A stretch of 64,000 bases of DNA, from positions 256,001-320,000 of the forward strand of contig CAVUPH010000014.1 of assembly GCA_963743305.1 (NCBI GenBank), given 5' to 3'. The stretch's first letter is position 1; every line of letters starts with the position of its first letter. The stretch comes from an uncultured delta proteobacterium. GTDB taxonomy: Bacteria; Desulfobacterota; RBG-13-43-22. Below the pieces are notes generated by a model that was not told the origin of the DNA, did no database searches, and worked only from the letters and a program-made list of their open reading frames with translations. Position numbers and translations under genes: made by a program. Of the stretch, positions 33,073 to 44,492 are shown one piece after another.

Positions 33073-36000
33073 AACGAGGATTGCTAATCGGCGCCGGTCT
33101 GCTGGCCCTGATCCTGGCCCTGTTGTCCTGGGGGGTTTACCGCCTCCTCTGGACTCCCGGCGGCGTACGTTGGCTGCTGGAAAAGATCCCCCAATATACG
33201 TCCCTGACGATCCGGGCCGAAAAAGTAGCCGGCCGGCTGGCTGGCGATCTGCTCCTGGAAGGCGTACAGGTCCGGTGGGAGGGCGGTCGACTGGAAATTC
33301 AACAGTTGCAGACCTCCTTCAGGATCAGTCCTCTGCTCCAGGGACGCCTCCTTTTTGAGAAAATTGCCGCCAACCGGATTTCCTTTGAAAAAAAGTCGTC
33401 CCCGCTGGAGCCGCTTGATTTAACCCTGCCCCGGGTCGGCGGCCTTCTGGGTCGTCTGGATTTTGAGGTCCGGACTTTTCTCCTGGAGGCTATTCTCTAC
33501 CAGAGTGGTCAAGAGCCGCCGGTGGTCATTAAAAAAATAGGCGGTCGACTGGCCTGGAAGCAGGGGACCTTGGCGCTCAATCCCCTGGAACTGGAATTGA
33601 CCGCCGGGCGGTTGCAAGGGGCGCTGGGGTTAGGTCTGGCCGTTCCCTCCCTGAAGCTGGATCTCCAATTTTATCCGGAGAAGCCCCTTTGGGGTTCGGA
33701 CCGGATTTTCCTGCAGGCGCACTTGAAGGAAGGCCGCCGCCCGGAACAGTTGGCCGGCCCGCTGGCGATTCAAATCCGGTCGGAATCCAGAGATCAAATC
33801 CTGTTCCAATCCGATCTGGCCGTCGCCCCTCGGCGAATTACCCTCCACCGGTTTTCCCTCCGGGAAAAAGGCCGGGAGGGAACAATTAACGGACGGGGAG
33901 CGATCATTTTTGAGCAGGCGGGTACCGCCTACCAGGCTGATTTAAGAATAGATGGCCTCGATCTATCCCGGGAAGTGAACTTTCCCGCCAAGCTGACGGG
34001 ATTATTGCGGGTTGCTGGAAATCCGGGTTCGTATAAAGGCGACTTCGATTTGAAAAATAATGCGAATACCTGGCGGACCATGCAACTCCGAGGCGGCTTT
34101 CAAGGGAACACGGCGGGACTGGACGCGCAGGTGGACCGCGGGGAATGGATCAAGGGGTCCCTAAAAGGGCGGGTCAGACTGGCCTGGGTTAGGTATTTTT
34201 CTCTTCAGACTACCCTGGAAGGCAGACAGTTCAGGCCGGAGCAGATAAACGCCGGCTGGCCGGGAATAATCAATGCAGATCTCAAAGGAAATCTGCTCTG
34301 GTCGGAGACCGGCCTGTCCGGTGGAACCCTGGACATCCGCCTGCTGGAGAGTCGGTTCCAGGAGAAAAATTTACTGGGCGGGATCAGGGCCACCTTGAAA
34401 GGTGAACGTCTTTCCATTGAAAAAGCCGAACTCCGGGGACGAGGATTCGCCCTTACGGCCCACGGGGATTGGACAGAACGTCTGAACTTTGAAGCCCGGG
34501 TCGCCGATCTTTCCGCCTTGCTGCCCGAAAGCCGCGGAGGGGGGGTGGCCAGCGGCTGGATCCGCTGGCGGAATCAAAAGCTGGCAGGACGCCTCTCCCT
34601 TCAGGGGAAACATTTTTCCTGGAATGACCTCTCCGCTGAAACGTTTAACCTGGAAGGGGGGTTAGACCAGGAGAAACCGAAAACTTCGGTCGACCTGAAG
34701 ACCCGGATTGGGAAAGGGACGTTTCGTTCCTTCCCGGTTGACTCCCTCTCCCTGAAGGTTCAAGGGACGATGGCCCGGCAGGAAATAAGTCTTTCCGTTC
34801 AGACTCCGGAGGGAAAGGTCCAAGCCGGATTGGAGGGGGCTTATCGACAAAGCCGCTGGGAGGGGACCCTTTTAACCCTGGCCGGGGAAATCCCCCGGGG
34901 AAAGGCCTTCCGCCTGAGGGATCCCGCCGAACTGAACATCGGGCCGGAGCGAATCCGCCTTTCATCTCTGGTCCTCACCGGGCCGGGCGGGGAGGTCCTG
35001 ACCCTCGAGGGGGACCTGAGTCTGAAGCCGCTTTCGGGTTTCATACACGGTAAATGGCAGCGGTTCGATCTGGCCCGAGCCCGTTTCTGGTTAAAGCAGC
35101 TTCAGCCGGAGGGAGAGGCCTCCGGTCGGCGCAGGCGCTCTTTTCAGGGGAAGATCGCCTGGAAGTTACCCTCCGGAACGAGATGAAGGGAAAAATCCGG
35201 ACCGCCCGGCAGACCGTGGAAATAAACCGGGGTGATTTAAATCTGAACTGGAACGACGCGGGGCTGCGTTCCTCCTGGGATCTATCCGGACTGGGGGGGG
35301 TTCGATTTTGGGGCGAGGCCGCCTCAGCGGAAAAAGGCCGTTTTTCATTTCCGGAAAAAGGGGGCCTAAACGCCCAATGGAACGGGCTGCGTCTGGACCT
35401 CCTGAAACCGTGGCTGCCTCAAGGCCTTGTCCTGCAAGGACAACTAACGGGCCAGATTCAGGGATTCTGGAGCAAAGGGCTCCGCTTTAATCTCGATGGC
35501 GGGGCCAAGGTCCAGGAGGGTTCCATCGCCTGGAAAGAAAACGGATCTGAAATCCGGGCTCAGGTGCGTCAGGCCGACTTGGGAGTTCACTGGGGTGAGG
35601 AGTCCTTGAAAGGCGATCTGGCGGTTGACCTCGATGGGTATGGAAAGGCCTCGGGAAAATTCCATTTGCCCCTTCCCTCCCGATTACCCTTGAAGTTTAA
35701 TCCCTTCGGTCCGCTGCAAGCCGGACTTTCGGGAAACTTTCGAGAAAGGGGTCTGGTAACCGCCCTCTTCCCCCAGGCGGTTCGTTCCAGCCGGGGGAAA
35801 CTGCAATGGGACCTCGCTGCCCAAGGGACCTGGGAAAAACCAAACCTACGGGGAAATCTGGAACTGGCCGAAGGCGGAGCCGATCTGCCCTCCCTGGGCC
35901 TTCGTCTCCAGGACGTAACGATCAAAGGAACCCTCGGCGACGATCGCCTTCAAATTGACTCACTGGATCTGCGCTCCGGGCCCGGGACCTTGAGTGGAAA

Positions 36001-37003
36001 GGCCGGTTTCAGGCTGAAGGATTGGAAAATTACCGAATTGCAGGGCCGGTTGCTCGGAAAAAATTTTCAATTCGTCAACCGGCCTAGTTTTCAAGCCCTG
36101 GGGAGCCCGGACCTGACGTTTAACGGGGCCCCGGACCAACTCCAAGTGAAGGGCAAGATTGAAATCCCTGAAGCCCTGATCACCAAAGATCTCATTCCGG
36201 GAATAAAAAAAGCCAGTCCCGATGTGGTGATCGTGGATGCCCCCCCGTCCCCCCCGGCGGGCCGGATTTATCCCCTCCAGGGCCTTATCCATCTGGTCTT
36301 TGGAGAAAAAGTCCGGGTAAAAGTCGGCGGGCTGGATACCCTGCTCAAGGGAAATATCCAGGTGGCTCTCCACCAAACCAAGGACCTGACCGCCGAAGGG
36401 GAGATCCGCGCCGACCAGGGTACTTACCTCGTTCAGGGAACCAAACTGAACATCACCCGGGGACGGTTGATTTTTCAAGGCCCCCCCGATAACCCGGTCC
36501 TGGATATCCTGGCCCTGCGGACCATCCGGGGAAGTCAACGCCTGGAAAACTATGTGGATGAGGTCAAAGCCGGCGTCGTGGTGACCGGGTCGATACGGTC
36601 GCCCCTGGTCCGGCTCTCTTCCCAGCCCGCCATGTCGGAGACGGAGGTGTTATCTTATATCTTATTCGGAAAACCCCTGGGACGCGGCGCCGACCAGCAG
36701 AACCTGGCGATTCTGGGCAAAGCGGCCCAGCTTCTTTTGGGAGATAAAATGGACAGCAGCCTGGTCAGCCGCCTGAAGCTGGATACCCTCGATATTCAAT
36801 CCGAAGGCGGGGATGTTTCCCAATCCATCGTTACTGTGGGCAAGTACCTCGACCCACGCCTCTACCTGGGTCTGGGGGGGTCCCTGTTCAGCAATACCTA
36901 TCAGGTCATACTGCGCTACGCCCTTACCCAGCGCTTGGAACTGGAAACCAGGGGGGGCACCCAGAGCGGCGGGGGCATTTATTATAAGGTGGATTTCGAG
37001 TAA
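33069..37003 (+). CDS. tamB: Translocation/assembly module TamB (frameshift near 35130)
   Basis: N-terminal TM anchor, AsmA-like beta repeats, DUF490-type C-terminus (NPVLDILA, VLSYILFG, VGKYLDPRLYL). Confidence 0.9.
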
Positions 37004-37144
37004 GGAAGGCTACTGTAATTGCCAGGATTATCACTATATTTATCCTTGACAGCTTCCGGTTTCCTATATTATAGATCAATCAAATTCCTTGCCCGCCCAA
37101 AAAGTTCCCGTAAAAAATCCAGAGTAATCAAGGAGAAAAAAAAC

Positions 37145-38980
37145 ATGTCGAATCGGTTAAGTTTACGGAAGATTTCGCCCTTCCCTATCCTATTGATCTC
37201 ACTTTTCTTTATTGCCCTGTCGGTTCCCAAGGGGTATTCGCAATCCTTCGTTACCCGATGGGGGTCCCTGCCTCCTGGGAACGGCAACTTCAAACACCCC
37301 ATCGGAGTGGCCGTGGATCTATCGGGCGATATTTTAGTGGTCGACAGCGGCAACCATCGCATCCTGAGATTCAACAACACCGGAGGTTACATAGAACAAT
37401 GGGGTTCCCTGGGAAGCGGTAACGGCCAGTTTAATTGGCCCATAGGAATAGCCGTCGATGGACCAGGGAATATTTATGTGGTCGATGCCGGAAATGGTCG
37501 GATCCAGAAATTTAATTCGGATCGAACCTATCGCTCCCAATGGGGCTCCCCGGGAAGCGGTGACGGCCAGTTTAATTGGCCCTATGGATTGGCTATCGAC
37601 TCAACCGGCAATATCTACGTGGCGGACGGATCCAACCATCGCATTCAGAAGTTTGACTCCAGCGGCGGGTATCAGACCCAGTGGGGTTCCCTCGGAACGG
37701 GTGACGGCCAGTTTAATTTCCCCGTGGGAGTGGCGGTTGACACTGCTGGTAACGTTTTTGTAGCCGACAATAAAAACAATCGAATACAGAAGTTTACTTC
37801 CGCTGGCGGTTTCCTGACCAAATGGGGTTCCCGGGGAGGAGACCCAGGCCAATTTAGAAACCCTTACGGAATAACAGCCAATGCTTCGGGTAATGTCTTT
37901 GTGGTTGACTCGGAAAACAACCGTATTCAGGAATTCAGTATCAGCGGATCTAATGTAACTAATGTAAGCCAGTGGGGTGCCTCGGGGACAGGGGACGGTG
38001 CCTTTATGGGCCCGCAAAACCTGGCTTTTGATACCTCGGGAAACATTTATGTTACTGACGGCTATAACCACCGGGTCCAAAAGTTTAACTCCAGCGGCGT
38101 GTATCAGACCCAGTGGGGTTCCCTGGTTAATGGAAATGGACAGTTAAATTTACCCCGGTCTGTGGCCGTGGATCCGACCGGGACTTATGTATATGTTGCT
38201 GATACCTTCAATCATCAAATTCAGAAATTCAGTACCAGCGGTACCTTCCTATCCAAATGGGGATCTTTGGGAACCGGCAACCTCCAGTTTAGTTTTCCCA
38301 TGGGGGTGGCGGTCGACCCCAGCGGCAATGTCTATGTGTCTGACAACCAAAACAATCGCATTCAGAAATTTGATTCCAGCGGCGGTTATATCACCCAATG
38401 GGGTTCCTTGGGCACTGCAAACGGTTTCTTTAAGGAGCCAAGTGGGGTAGCCATAGATTTATCCGGATTTATCTATGTCGTTGATAATGAGAACAACCGG
38501 GTCCAAAAATTTGACTCCAATGGAGGATATCGCACTCAATGGGGCTCTCCAGGTCCCGGGAACGGTCATTTCAATGACCCCAATGGAATAGCAGCAGACG
38601 CTTTCGGTTTTGTTTATGTGGCTGATCGCCTTAACAACCTGATTCAGAAGTTTACTTCCAACGGCGTTTTCGTAACCGAATGGGGTTCCTCCGGGGCCGG
38701 CGATGGGCAGTTTATCAGCCCAACAGGAGTAGCAGCCGACAAGTTCGGCAATATCTATGTGACGGATGCCTTTAACAACCGGATCCAGGAGTTCTCTTCC
38801 AATGGGACTTTTAAAACCAAATGGGGTTCACTGGGGGGCACCAACGGACAGTTCGAGGTTCCTATTGGTGTAGCGGCGGACCGTTCGGGCCTTGCCTATG
38901 TAGTTGATTACTTAGATTGTTCTATCCGGACATTTGATTTACAGTGGCAAGCCCTATACCTGCCGTTGCTGCGGCGTTGA
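37145..38980 (+). CDS. Secreted NHL-repeat beta-propeller protein (12 repeats)
   Basis: Signal peptide, then 12 WGSxGxGxGQFxxPxGxAVD...YVxDxxNxRIQKF-type repeats. Ends QALYLPLLRR. Start placed after AGGAG. Confidence 0.9.
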   Translation: MSNRLSLRKISPFPILLISLFFIALSVPKGYSQSFVTRWGSLPPGNGNFKHPIGVAVDLSGDILVVDSGNHRILRFNNTGGYIEQWGSLGSGNGQFNWPIGIAVDGPGNIYVVDAGNGRIQKFNSDRTYRSQWGSPGSGDGQFNWPYGLAIDSTGNIYVADGSNHRIQKFDSSGGYQTQWGSLGTGDGQFNFPVGVAVDTAGNVFVADNKNNRIQKFTSAGGFLTKWGSRGGDPGQFRNPYGITANASGNVFVVDSENNRIQEFSISGSNVTNVSQWGASGTGDGAFMGPQNLAFDTSGNIYVTDGYNHRVQKFNSSGVYQTQWGSLVNGNGQLNLPRSVAVDPTGTYVYVADTFNHQIQKFSTSGTFLSKWGSLGTGNLQFSFPMGVAVDPSGNVYVSDNQNNRIQKFDSSGGYITQWGSLGTANGFFKEPSGVAIDLSGFIYVVDNENNRVQKFDSNGGYRTQWGSPGPGNGHFNDPNGIAADAFGFVYVADRLNNLIQKFTSNGVFVTEWGSSGAGDGQFISPTGVAADKFGNIYVTDAFNNRIQEFSSNGTFKTKWGSLGGTNGQFEVPIGVAADRSGLAYVVDYLDCSIRTFDLQWQALYLPLLRR

Positions 38981-39200
38981 GGCCGGCTTAAGAAAAATCA
39001 AGTAGATTCAAAAAATCAATAAAGGTTTTAGCAAGGGATTACTACTTTTGAAATCCAGGTCATTGACCAAAAAAGGTTCCGATCCAATAAATTAACGGGA
39101 ACCTTTAATGTCTATTAATTGCCGGGTGAAACCGTGAGGAAGGGAGCCAAAGCGTTAGACGAAAAACCAATTTTTCGCAGAGCCCAATGAGGCTAACCAG

Positions 39201-39737
39201 TTGTGTTTAATCGCTTGCGGGATTATGCAAAAAGAAATCGATACCCTGATTTCCCTGGGCCAGATCGATGCGAAAGTGGTTTTTCTGGACAAAGGGCTTC
39301 ATTCCGATTACCAAAAACTGGACCAGGCCCTCGAAAGACATAAGTCCAGGGTCGAAGCGAAACCGGTGGTGGTCTACGGCGATGTCTGCCTGGGCTTTAA
39401 AAATGAGATGCGGAGGTTGTTGGAACGTCACGGGGCGGCCAAGGTGGCGGCGCTGAACTGCATCGACTGTCTTCTGGGCGGGGAGGGGAAACTCCTGGAA
39501 ATCGATCCGGATCACCTCTATTTATTCCTGACCCCGGCCTTCATCGAATTCACCGAAAGGATCCTGTCCAAAACCAGGGAAGAAACCCGCCGGATTTCCA
39601 GCCGCCTGAAAGGTATCCTCCCGATCGATTCCCTGGGAAACCTGGACGAATATCAGGATCGCATCAGGGCGATCAGCGACCTCACCGGCTTGCCGATATG
39701 GGAGACCAGGAAGGTGGGTGGGGTTGGCCGGTCTTAA
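39201..39737 (+). CDS. DUF1638-family protein (possibly degraded)
   Basis: LIACG, LDKGLH, VVYGDVC, NCIDCLLG, FLTP. Confidence 0.65.
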   Translation: MCLIACGIMQKEIDTLISLGQIDAKVVFLDKGLHSDYQKLDQALERHKSRVEAKPVVVYGDVCLGFKNEMRRLLERHGAAKVAALNCIDCLLGGEGKLLEIDPDHLYLFLTPAFIEFTERILSKTREETRRISSRLKGILPIDSLGNLDEYQDRIRAISDLTGLPIWETRKVGGVGRS

Positions 39738-39815
39738 AAAAGTATTATCGAACGCCCTGGAAAGAGTCCAATCCTGAATCCTTTACTCCAGCTTATGGAA
39801 AAACGGCCGAGGGAA

Positions 39816-40307
39816 TTAAAGCACCTTGGGGTTAAGATGCCATAAAACCGCCGTGAGCCCGGTGGCCAAACTGACCCAGGCCAGGTAAGGCAAAAGCAGA
39901 TAGCCCGCTAACGGTCGCACCCGGTAGAAGGCGATCAGGGTCAGCAGGATCAACAGCCAGAGGACGATAATCTCCGCCAGCGCCCAGCCACCCAGCCGCC
40001 AGGCGAAGAAAACCCAGGTCCACAAGGCGTTCAAGGCCAATTGGATCAGATAGAACGAAAGGGCCTGCCGGGTATTCTTCTTTCGGTCTTCACGCCAGAC
40101 AAGCCAGGCGGCAATGGTCATGAGCAGGTAGAGGATGGTCCAGACCGGTCCGAAGACCGCCGCCGGCGGGGCCCAGGAAGGCTTGATCAGCTCGGCGTAA
40201 AAACCGGGGGCGTTGGCCGAAGCCCAACCCCCGATGGCCGCCGCCGAAAAAGTAATTCCCAGAATGATGAAGAATCCGACTAAGGGTCGAACTTTCCTCT
40301 CGCTCAC
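39816..40307 (-). CDS. tspO: TspO/MBR tryptophan-rich sensory protein
   Basis: KPSWAPPAAVFGPVWTILY, QLALNALWTWVFF, LLPYLAWV. Start uncertain (GTG 40307). Confidence 0.88.
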   Translation of the reverse strand: MSERKVRPLVGFFIILGITFSAAAIGGWASANAPGFYAELIKPSWAPPAAVFGPVWTILYLLMTIAAWLVWREDRKKNTRQALSFYLIQLALNALWTWVFFAWRLGGWALAEIIVLWLLILLTLIAFYRVRPLAGYLLLPYLAWVSLATGLTAVLWHLNPKVL

Positions 40308-40341
40308 CGGTATGATCCCTAATTCCGAAACAGGAATGGAT

Positions 40342-42593
40342 TCAACTGCTGCCAGAACTCGCCTCTGACCAGAGTTTTTCCAGCCGGTCCAGCAGTTCCC
40401 CCATTTCCGACTGGCTGGACAGGTAATAATCGGCATGCAGGCTCTCGCCGATCGAGATGGAAAGACCCTTATCCTTCAGCGCCAGGAAAGCGTCCTCATC
40501 GGTTACATCATCACCGATATAGATGGGCAGCTTGCCTGGTCCCAGCTTTTCCAAAATAAAGGAAACCGCCGCGCCTTTATCCGGCGCCTGGAGGGGCCGG
40601 ATTTCAAAGACTTTCTTGCCGGACCGTAAAGCAAAAAAGTGGTCATACTCCTTGGCCAGATTGAAAATAAGGTTGAAGAGCTTTCCCAGATAGGGAATGG
40701 GCACCTGGCGGAAATGGATGCCGGCCGTGATCGTTTTATCCTCAATGAAAACCCCCGGAATGTAGGTCGTCGCCTCCCGCAGGCGGCCCAGATACTCTTC
40801 CAACATCGGGCGGTCGAATTTCCATTCCGGCAGATCATACACTCCCAGGCCATCCCTTATCTCCGCTCCATGATTTCCGGCATAACAGCAGGTCATCCAC
40901 CCCGACCTTCTCGCGGATATCCTGGAGGCTCCGTCCACTGATCACGGCCAGGGAGACCTTGTCTTTCAAACGCCGGAGCCGGGCCCGCATGGCTTCGGAA
41001 AGGACCGCTTTTGCCGGGGAGGAGACGATCGGCGTCAAGGTGCCGTCGTAATCCAGAAACAGGAAAACCGGCCGGTCTTGAATCTCTTTAGCGAAGCGGT
41101 CCCAATGCTCAAAAATATACCTCTGGATCCTGGACCGCATTCCCGACAAGTGGAGCATCTCCCCGAGAATATCAAAAATCCAGCGGTGGATGTCGTGCTC
41201 CTCCACTTGCCTTCTTAAGGCCGCCATGCGGCCCTTTCGTTCCTGCTCCGGCATGAGCAAGGCTTTCTTGATCTGCTCCGAGAAGTCTTCCACATTGTAG
41301 GGGTTGACCAGAATAGCGCCGTCCAGTTCTTCGGCCGCGCCGGCAAACTCGCTAAGAATCAACACGCCTATTTCATCCACCTGAGACGCCGCATACTCCT
41401 TGGCCACCAGATTCATGCCGTCATAGACGGAGCTGATGATGGCCAGGTCCGCCAGCCGGTAATAGGCCACCAAGTCCGGATGATCGATTTTGGTGTCCAG
41501 GTAGATGATGGGCTGCCAGTCCGGTCCCCCGAATTTGCGATTGATTTTGGCGACCAGTTCCTCCACGGTTTTTTTATAACTCAAATACGGTTCACGCATC
41601 CGGGTCGCCACGGCCACTTGAATAAAGGTGAAGCGATTTCTCCATTTTTCATGACGTTCAAAAAACAGTTGCAGGCTTTGCAGGCGCTTGATCAAGGCCT
41701 TGGTGTATTCCAGCCGATCGACTCCCACGCCCACCTGTCCGCTGAGGCGATATTTCTTTCTGATCCGGCCCATCAATCGTTCGGTCCGGGCGGCCCCGGC
41801 TAGCGCGTTGAATTTCTTGAAATCGATGCTAATGGCGAAAGCCTTCAGACGGGTCAGATGCCCCTCGTAGCGGACCGTCTCCTGCGAATAATCCACCTCC
41901 GCCCCCAGGCCCTCCCGGGCGCAGTCCAGGAAGTTCTTCACAAACAGCGGAATCTGAAACCCGATCAGGTCGTTTCCCAATAAGCCTTTCAGGATCTCAG
42001 GGGCCTGAGGACAGATCCGAAAGACACTCCAGTCCGGCCAGGGGATATGCCAGAAATGGGCGATAACCGCCGGAAGGTTTTTGTCGCGCAGGGCCCTGGG
42101 AACCAGGCAGAGGTGGTAATCGTGAATCCAGACCAGGGAGGGGTCCTTGACTTCCTCCTCGACAGCCCGGGCAAAGAGGCTATTGGCCAACAGTATAATC
42201 TTCCCAATATTTATTGCGGTAATAGACCCGGTCCAGGGTGATGTGGCAAAGGGGCCAGAGTACCTGGTTGGAATACCCGTGATAGTAATTTTCCACCAAC
42301 CCGGGATGGAGCCAGACCCGTTTCAACCGGTAGGAAGGCTGATCCGGCGGGACGGATACCCGGTCGTGTTCATCCACACTATCCCGGTCGGCGCTGCCGC
42401 TCCCCCAGGCGATCCAGGTCCCTCCCAGGGATTGCAGCACATCGTCCAGGGCCGAGGTCAGACCGCCGGCCGGTTGATCCACGACCTTCCCCTCCCGGGT
42501 ATTTTTGTGGATATAGGGTTCCCGGTTGGAAACCACAATAAGATTCTGGTGGGACAACCCGGTCTCCAAAACCGCGCCTAACCGATCTTCCAA
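40342..42593 (-). CDS. Bifunctional trehalose-6-phosphate synthase/phosphatase (frameshifts near 42185 and 40890)
   Basis: VVSNREP, AGGL, WIHDYHL, GVDRLEYTK and DGMNLVAKEY (GT20) fused to a HAD domain (FLDYDGTL, GNHGAE, YIGDDVTDEDAF). Confidence 0.9.
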
Positions 42594-42612
42594 TGTGGTT
42601 CCTTCCCTAATT

Positions 42613-43824
42613 CTACAGTTCCAGTCGAGGTCGGCCGTTATTTTCCAGAGTGAGCCAGACGGCCAGATAATCCCGCATCTGACGGGTGATCAAAAAATTT
42701 TTTCGCACGTATTCCCGGGCCTGTTCCCCGATCCGGCTGACCATCTCCGGATTGTTCAGTAATTGCCGAATCCGGAAGGCCGCCCCCTCGATGGAATGAA
42801 CCAACAGGCCGGTAACCCCGTGGATGATCTGGAGCGGGATCCCTCCCACCGCTCCTCCGATGACCGGCTTGCCTTTCCACATGGCCTCGGAGACGGTCAG
42901 TCCGAACCCTTCCTTGATCGACTTCTGCACGACTATCGTGGCTGCCCGCTGCAAGGCGTTGATTTTTAAATCGCTCCCGGCCGGCAGCAACAGTAAGAAA
43001 ATATCAGGGTCTCCCTGGCAATAATTCTGCACCTCCGCCAAAACCTGTTCCCCCTCGGGGTCATCGGTCGCCGTGCTGCCGGCCAGAATCAAAATGCAAT
43101 CATTGTACTTTTTGGCCATCCGGTAGGCCTGGATTACCCCGATGGGATCTTTAAACCGGTCGAAACGGGAGACCTGGAGCACGATCGGCCGATCCCTGGG
43201 AATGTTCAATTCGTTCAGGACCTGATCGATCTCCTCGGGCAAAAGATTCCGGTTTTTTTCACTGATGGGATCGATGGACGGAGGAATAATAAATTTGTCG
43301 AGGGTCAAATCCTGGGCAAATTTGGCCACGGAAAAAATGACCCCCTGGTATTGCCGGACATAACGGCTGATCGGCTGCCAGACTTCCGGGTAGGGTTTGG
43401 ACAGGTCGATATGGCAGCGCCAGACCCAGTGCCCGTCTTTTTTGTATTCGATCAGGGGCACCGGCTGCGGATCATGGATCAGGACCATATCCGCTTCCAG
43501 GTCGAGCCGTTGGGCGTTGACCTGATTGATATGATGATGGTAGTCCCACATTTCCGGAGTGATAAGGGCCTCGTCCCCCTGGAGGGCGTTGTGAAACAAT
43601 TTGGTGGTTTCGAAAAACGGTTCGTCGCCCTCGATAACTTCCCAGCGGGTCCGGATACCCAGTTCCTGAAGCATGGGAATCATCCGTTGCAATATTTCCG
43701 CCACCCCGCCGCCGTCTTTCGTGGAATTGATGTGCAGGAAGGTCCTGTCTTTCAGCCTGTCCCCCATGCGCTTCAAAAGGATTAAATCCCCCTTGGGGGC
43801 GATACCGGCATAGGTGTTGATCAT
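42613..43824 (-). CDS. treT: Trehalose synthase TreT-like GT4 glycosyltransferase
   Basis: HINSTKDGGGVAEIL, IHDPQP, WRCHID, QVSRFDRFKDP, EGFGLTVSEAMWK. Confidence 0.85.
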   Translation of the reverse strand: MINTYAGIAPKGDLILLKRMGDRLKDRTFLHINSTKDGGGVAEILQRMIPMLQELGIRTRWEVIEGDEPFFETTKLFHNALQGDEALITPEMWDYHHHINQVNAQRLDLEADMVLIHDPQPVPLIEYKKDGHWVWRCHIDLSKPYPEVWQPISRYVRQYQGVIFSVAKFAQDLTLDKFIIPPSIDPISEKNRNLLPEEIDQVLNELNIPRDRPIVLQVSRFDRFKDPIGVIQAYRMAKKYNDCILILAGSTATDDPEGEQVLAEVQNYCQGDPDIFLLLLPAGSDLKINALQRAATIVVQKSIKEGFGLTVSEAMWKGKPVIGGAVGGIPLQIIHGVTGLLVHSIEGAAFRIRQLLNNPEMVSRIGEQAREYVRKNFLITRQMRDYLAVWLTLENNGRPRLEL

Positions 43825-44492
43825 AGCGAGATGGTCTCCATGTCTGCTCTCAGCTTCTGTTCCACTTCTTGAATCAGGTGCTCTTTGATATCCTCCAGGC
43901 CGTTCATAAATGGGTCGATGGTCCGGATCCTCTCAGCCAGGGCCGTCTCCCCCAGGACATCCTCCATCCATTGGGAGAAGTCATCCTGACGGCTGCCCAA
44001 CCGCACCCGGGCTTCATAAAAATGATAGTAAAGGGAGGCCGGTTCGATGTATTTGATGGCCATTAATAATTCCGCCAGATTCCGAATACGGACCCCGGCC
44101 GGAAATATCACGGTGACCGTTTCATTAAAGTAAAATTCATCTCCCGGCCAGACCACCCGGGGTTGGGGCGACTGGTTCAGGTAGGCATCAATTATGAGCA
44201 ACAACTCCTGGCGGACCTCCTGAATATGTGTATGGCTGAAAGGGTCCACCATGGACAGTCGTTCGGCCAGGGAACGCTCTTCCAAAAATTCTCCCGCCCA
44301 ATGGGCGAAATCGTTGGTATATTCGACGCTGATATCCTTTAGAAAATATTCACGGGTATGATGATAGATGGACCGGTCGGAAACCGTCGCCAGGGCCTCT
44401 CGCAGCTCCTTCAGATCCCTGGCCTTCCTGCCGGTCGATTTGAGCAGCAGGACGCACTGCCTGAAGTCGAAAGATTGGTTTTGATTGTTCAT
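43821..44492 (-). CDS. DUF5752-family protein
   Basis: Two internal repeats (SIYHH...NDFAHW and SLYYHF...DDFSQW). Lies next to treT. Confidence 0.8.
   Translation of the reverse strand: MNNQNQSFDFRQCVLLLKSTGRKARDLKELREALATVSDRSIYHHTREYFLKDISVEYTNDFAHWAGEFLEERSLAERLSMVDPFSHTHIQEVRQELLLIIDAYLNQSPQPRVVWPGDEFYFNETVTVIFPAGVRIRNLAELLMAIKYIEPASLYYHFYEARVRLGSRQDDFSQWMEDVLGETALAERIRTIDPFMNGLEDIKEHLIQEVEQKLRADMETISL

Noticed and set aside
37250-38900. CRISPR-like periodic DNA repeats (~141-bp period)
   Set aside because: These are degenerate, in-frame NHL protein repeats. There are no identical repeats with unique spacers and no cas genes.
39072-39106. Inverted repeat AAAGGTTCC-N17-GGAACCTTT after the NHL gene
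   Set aside because: Long loop and short U-tract. Cannot distinguish terminator, operator or chance.
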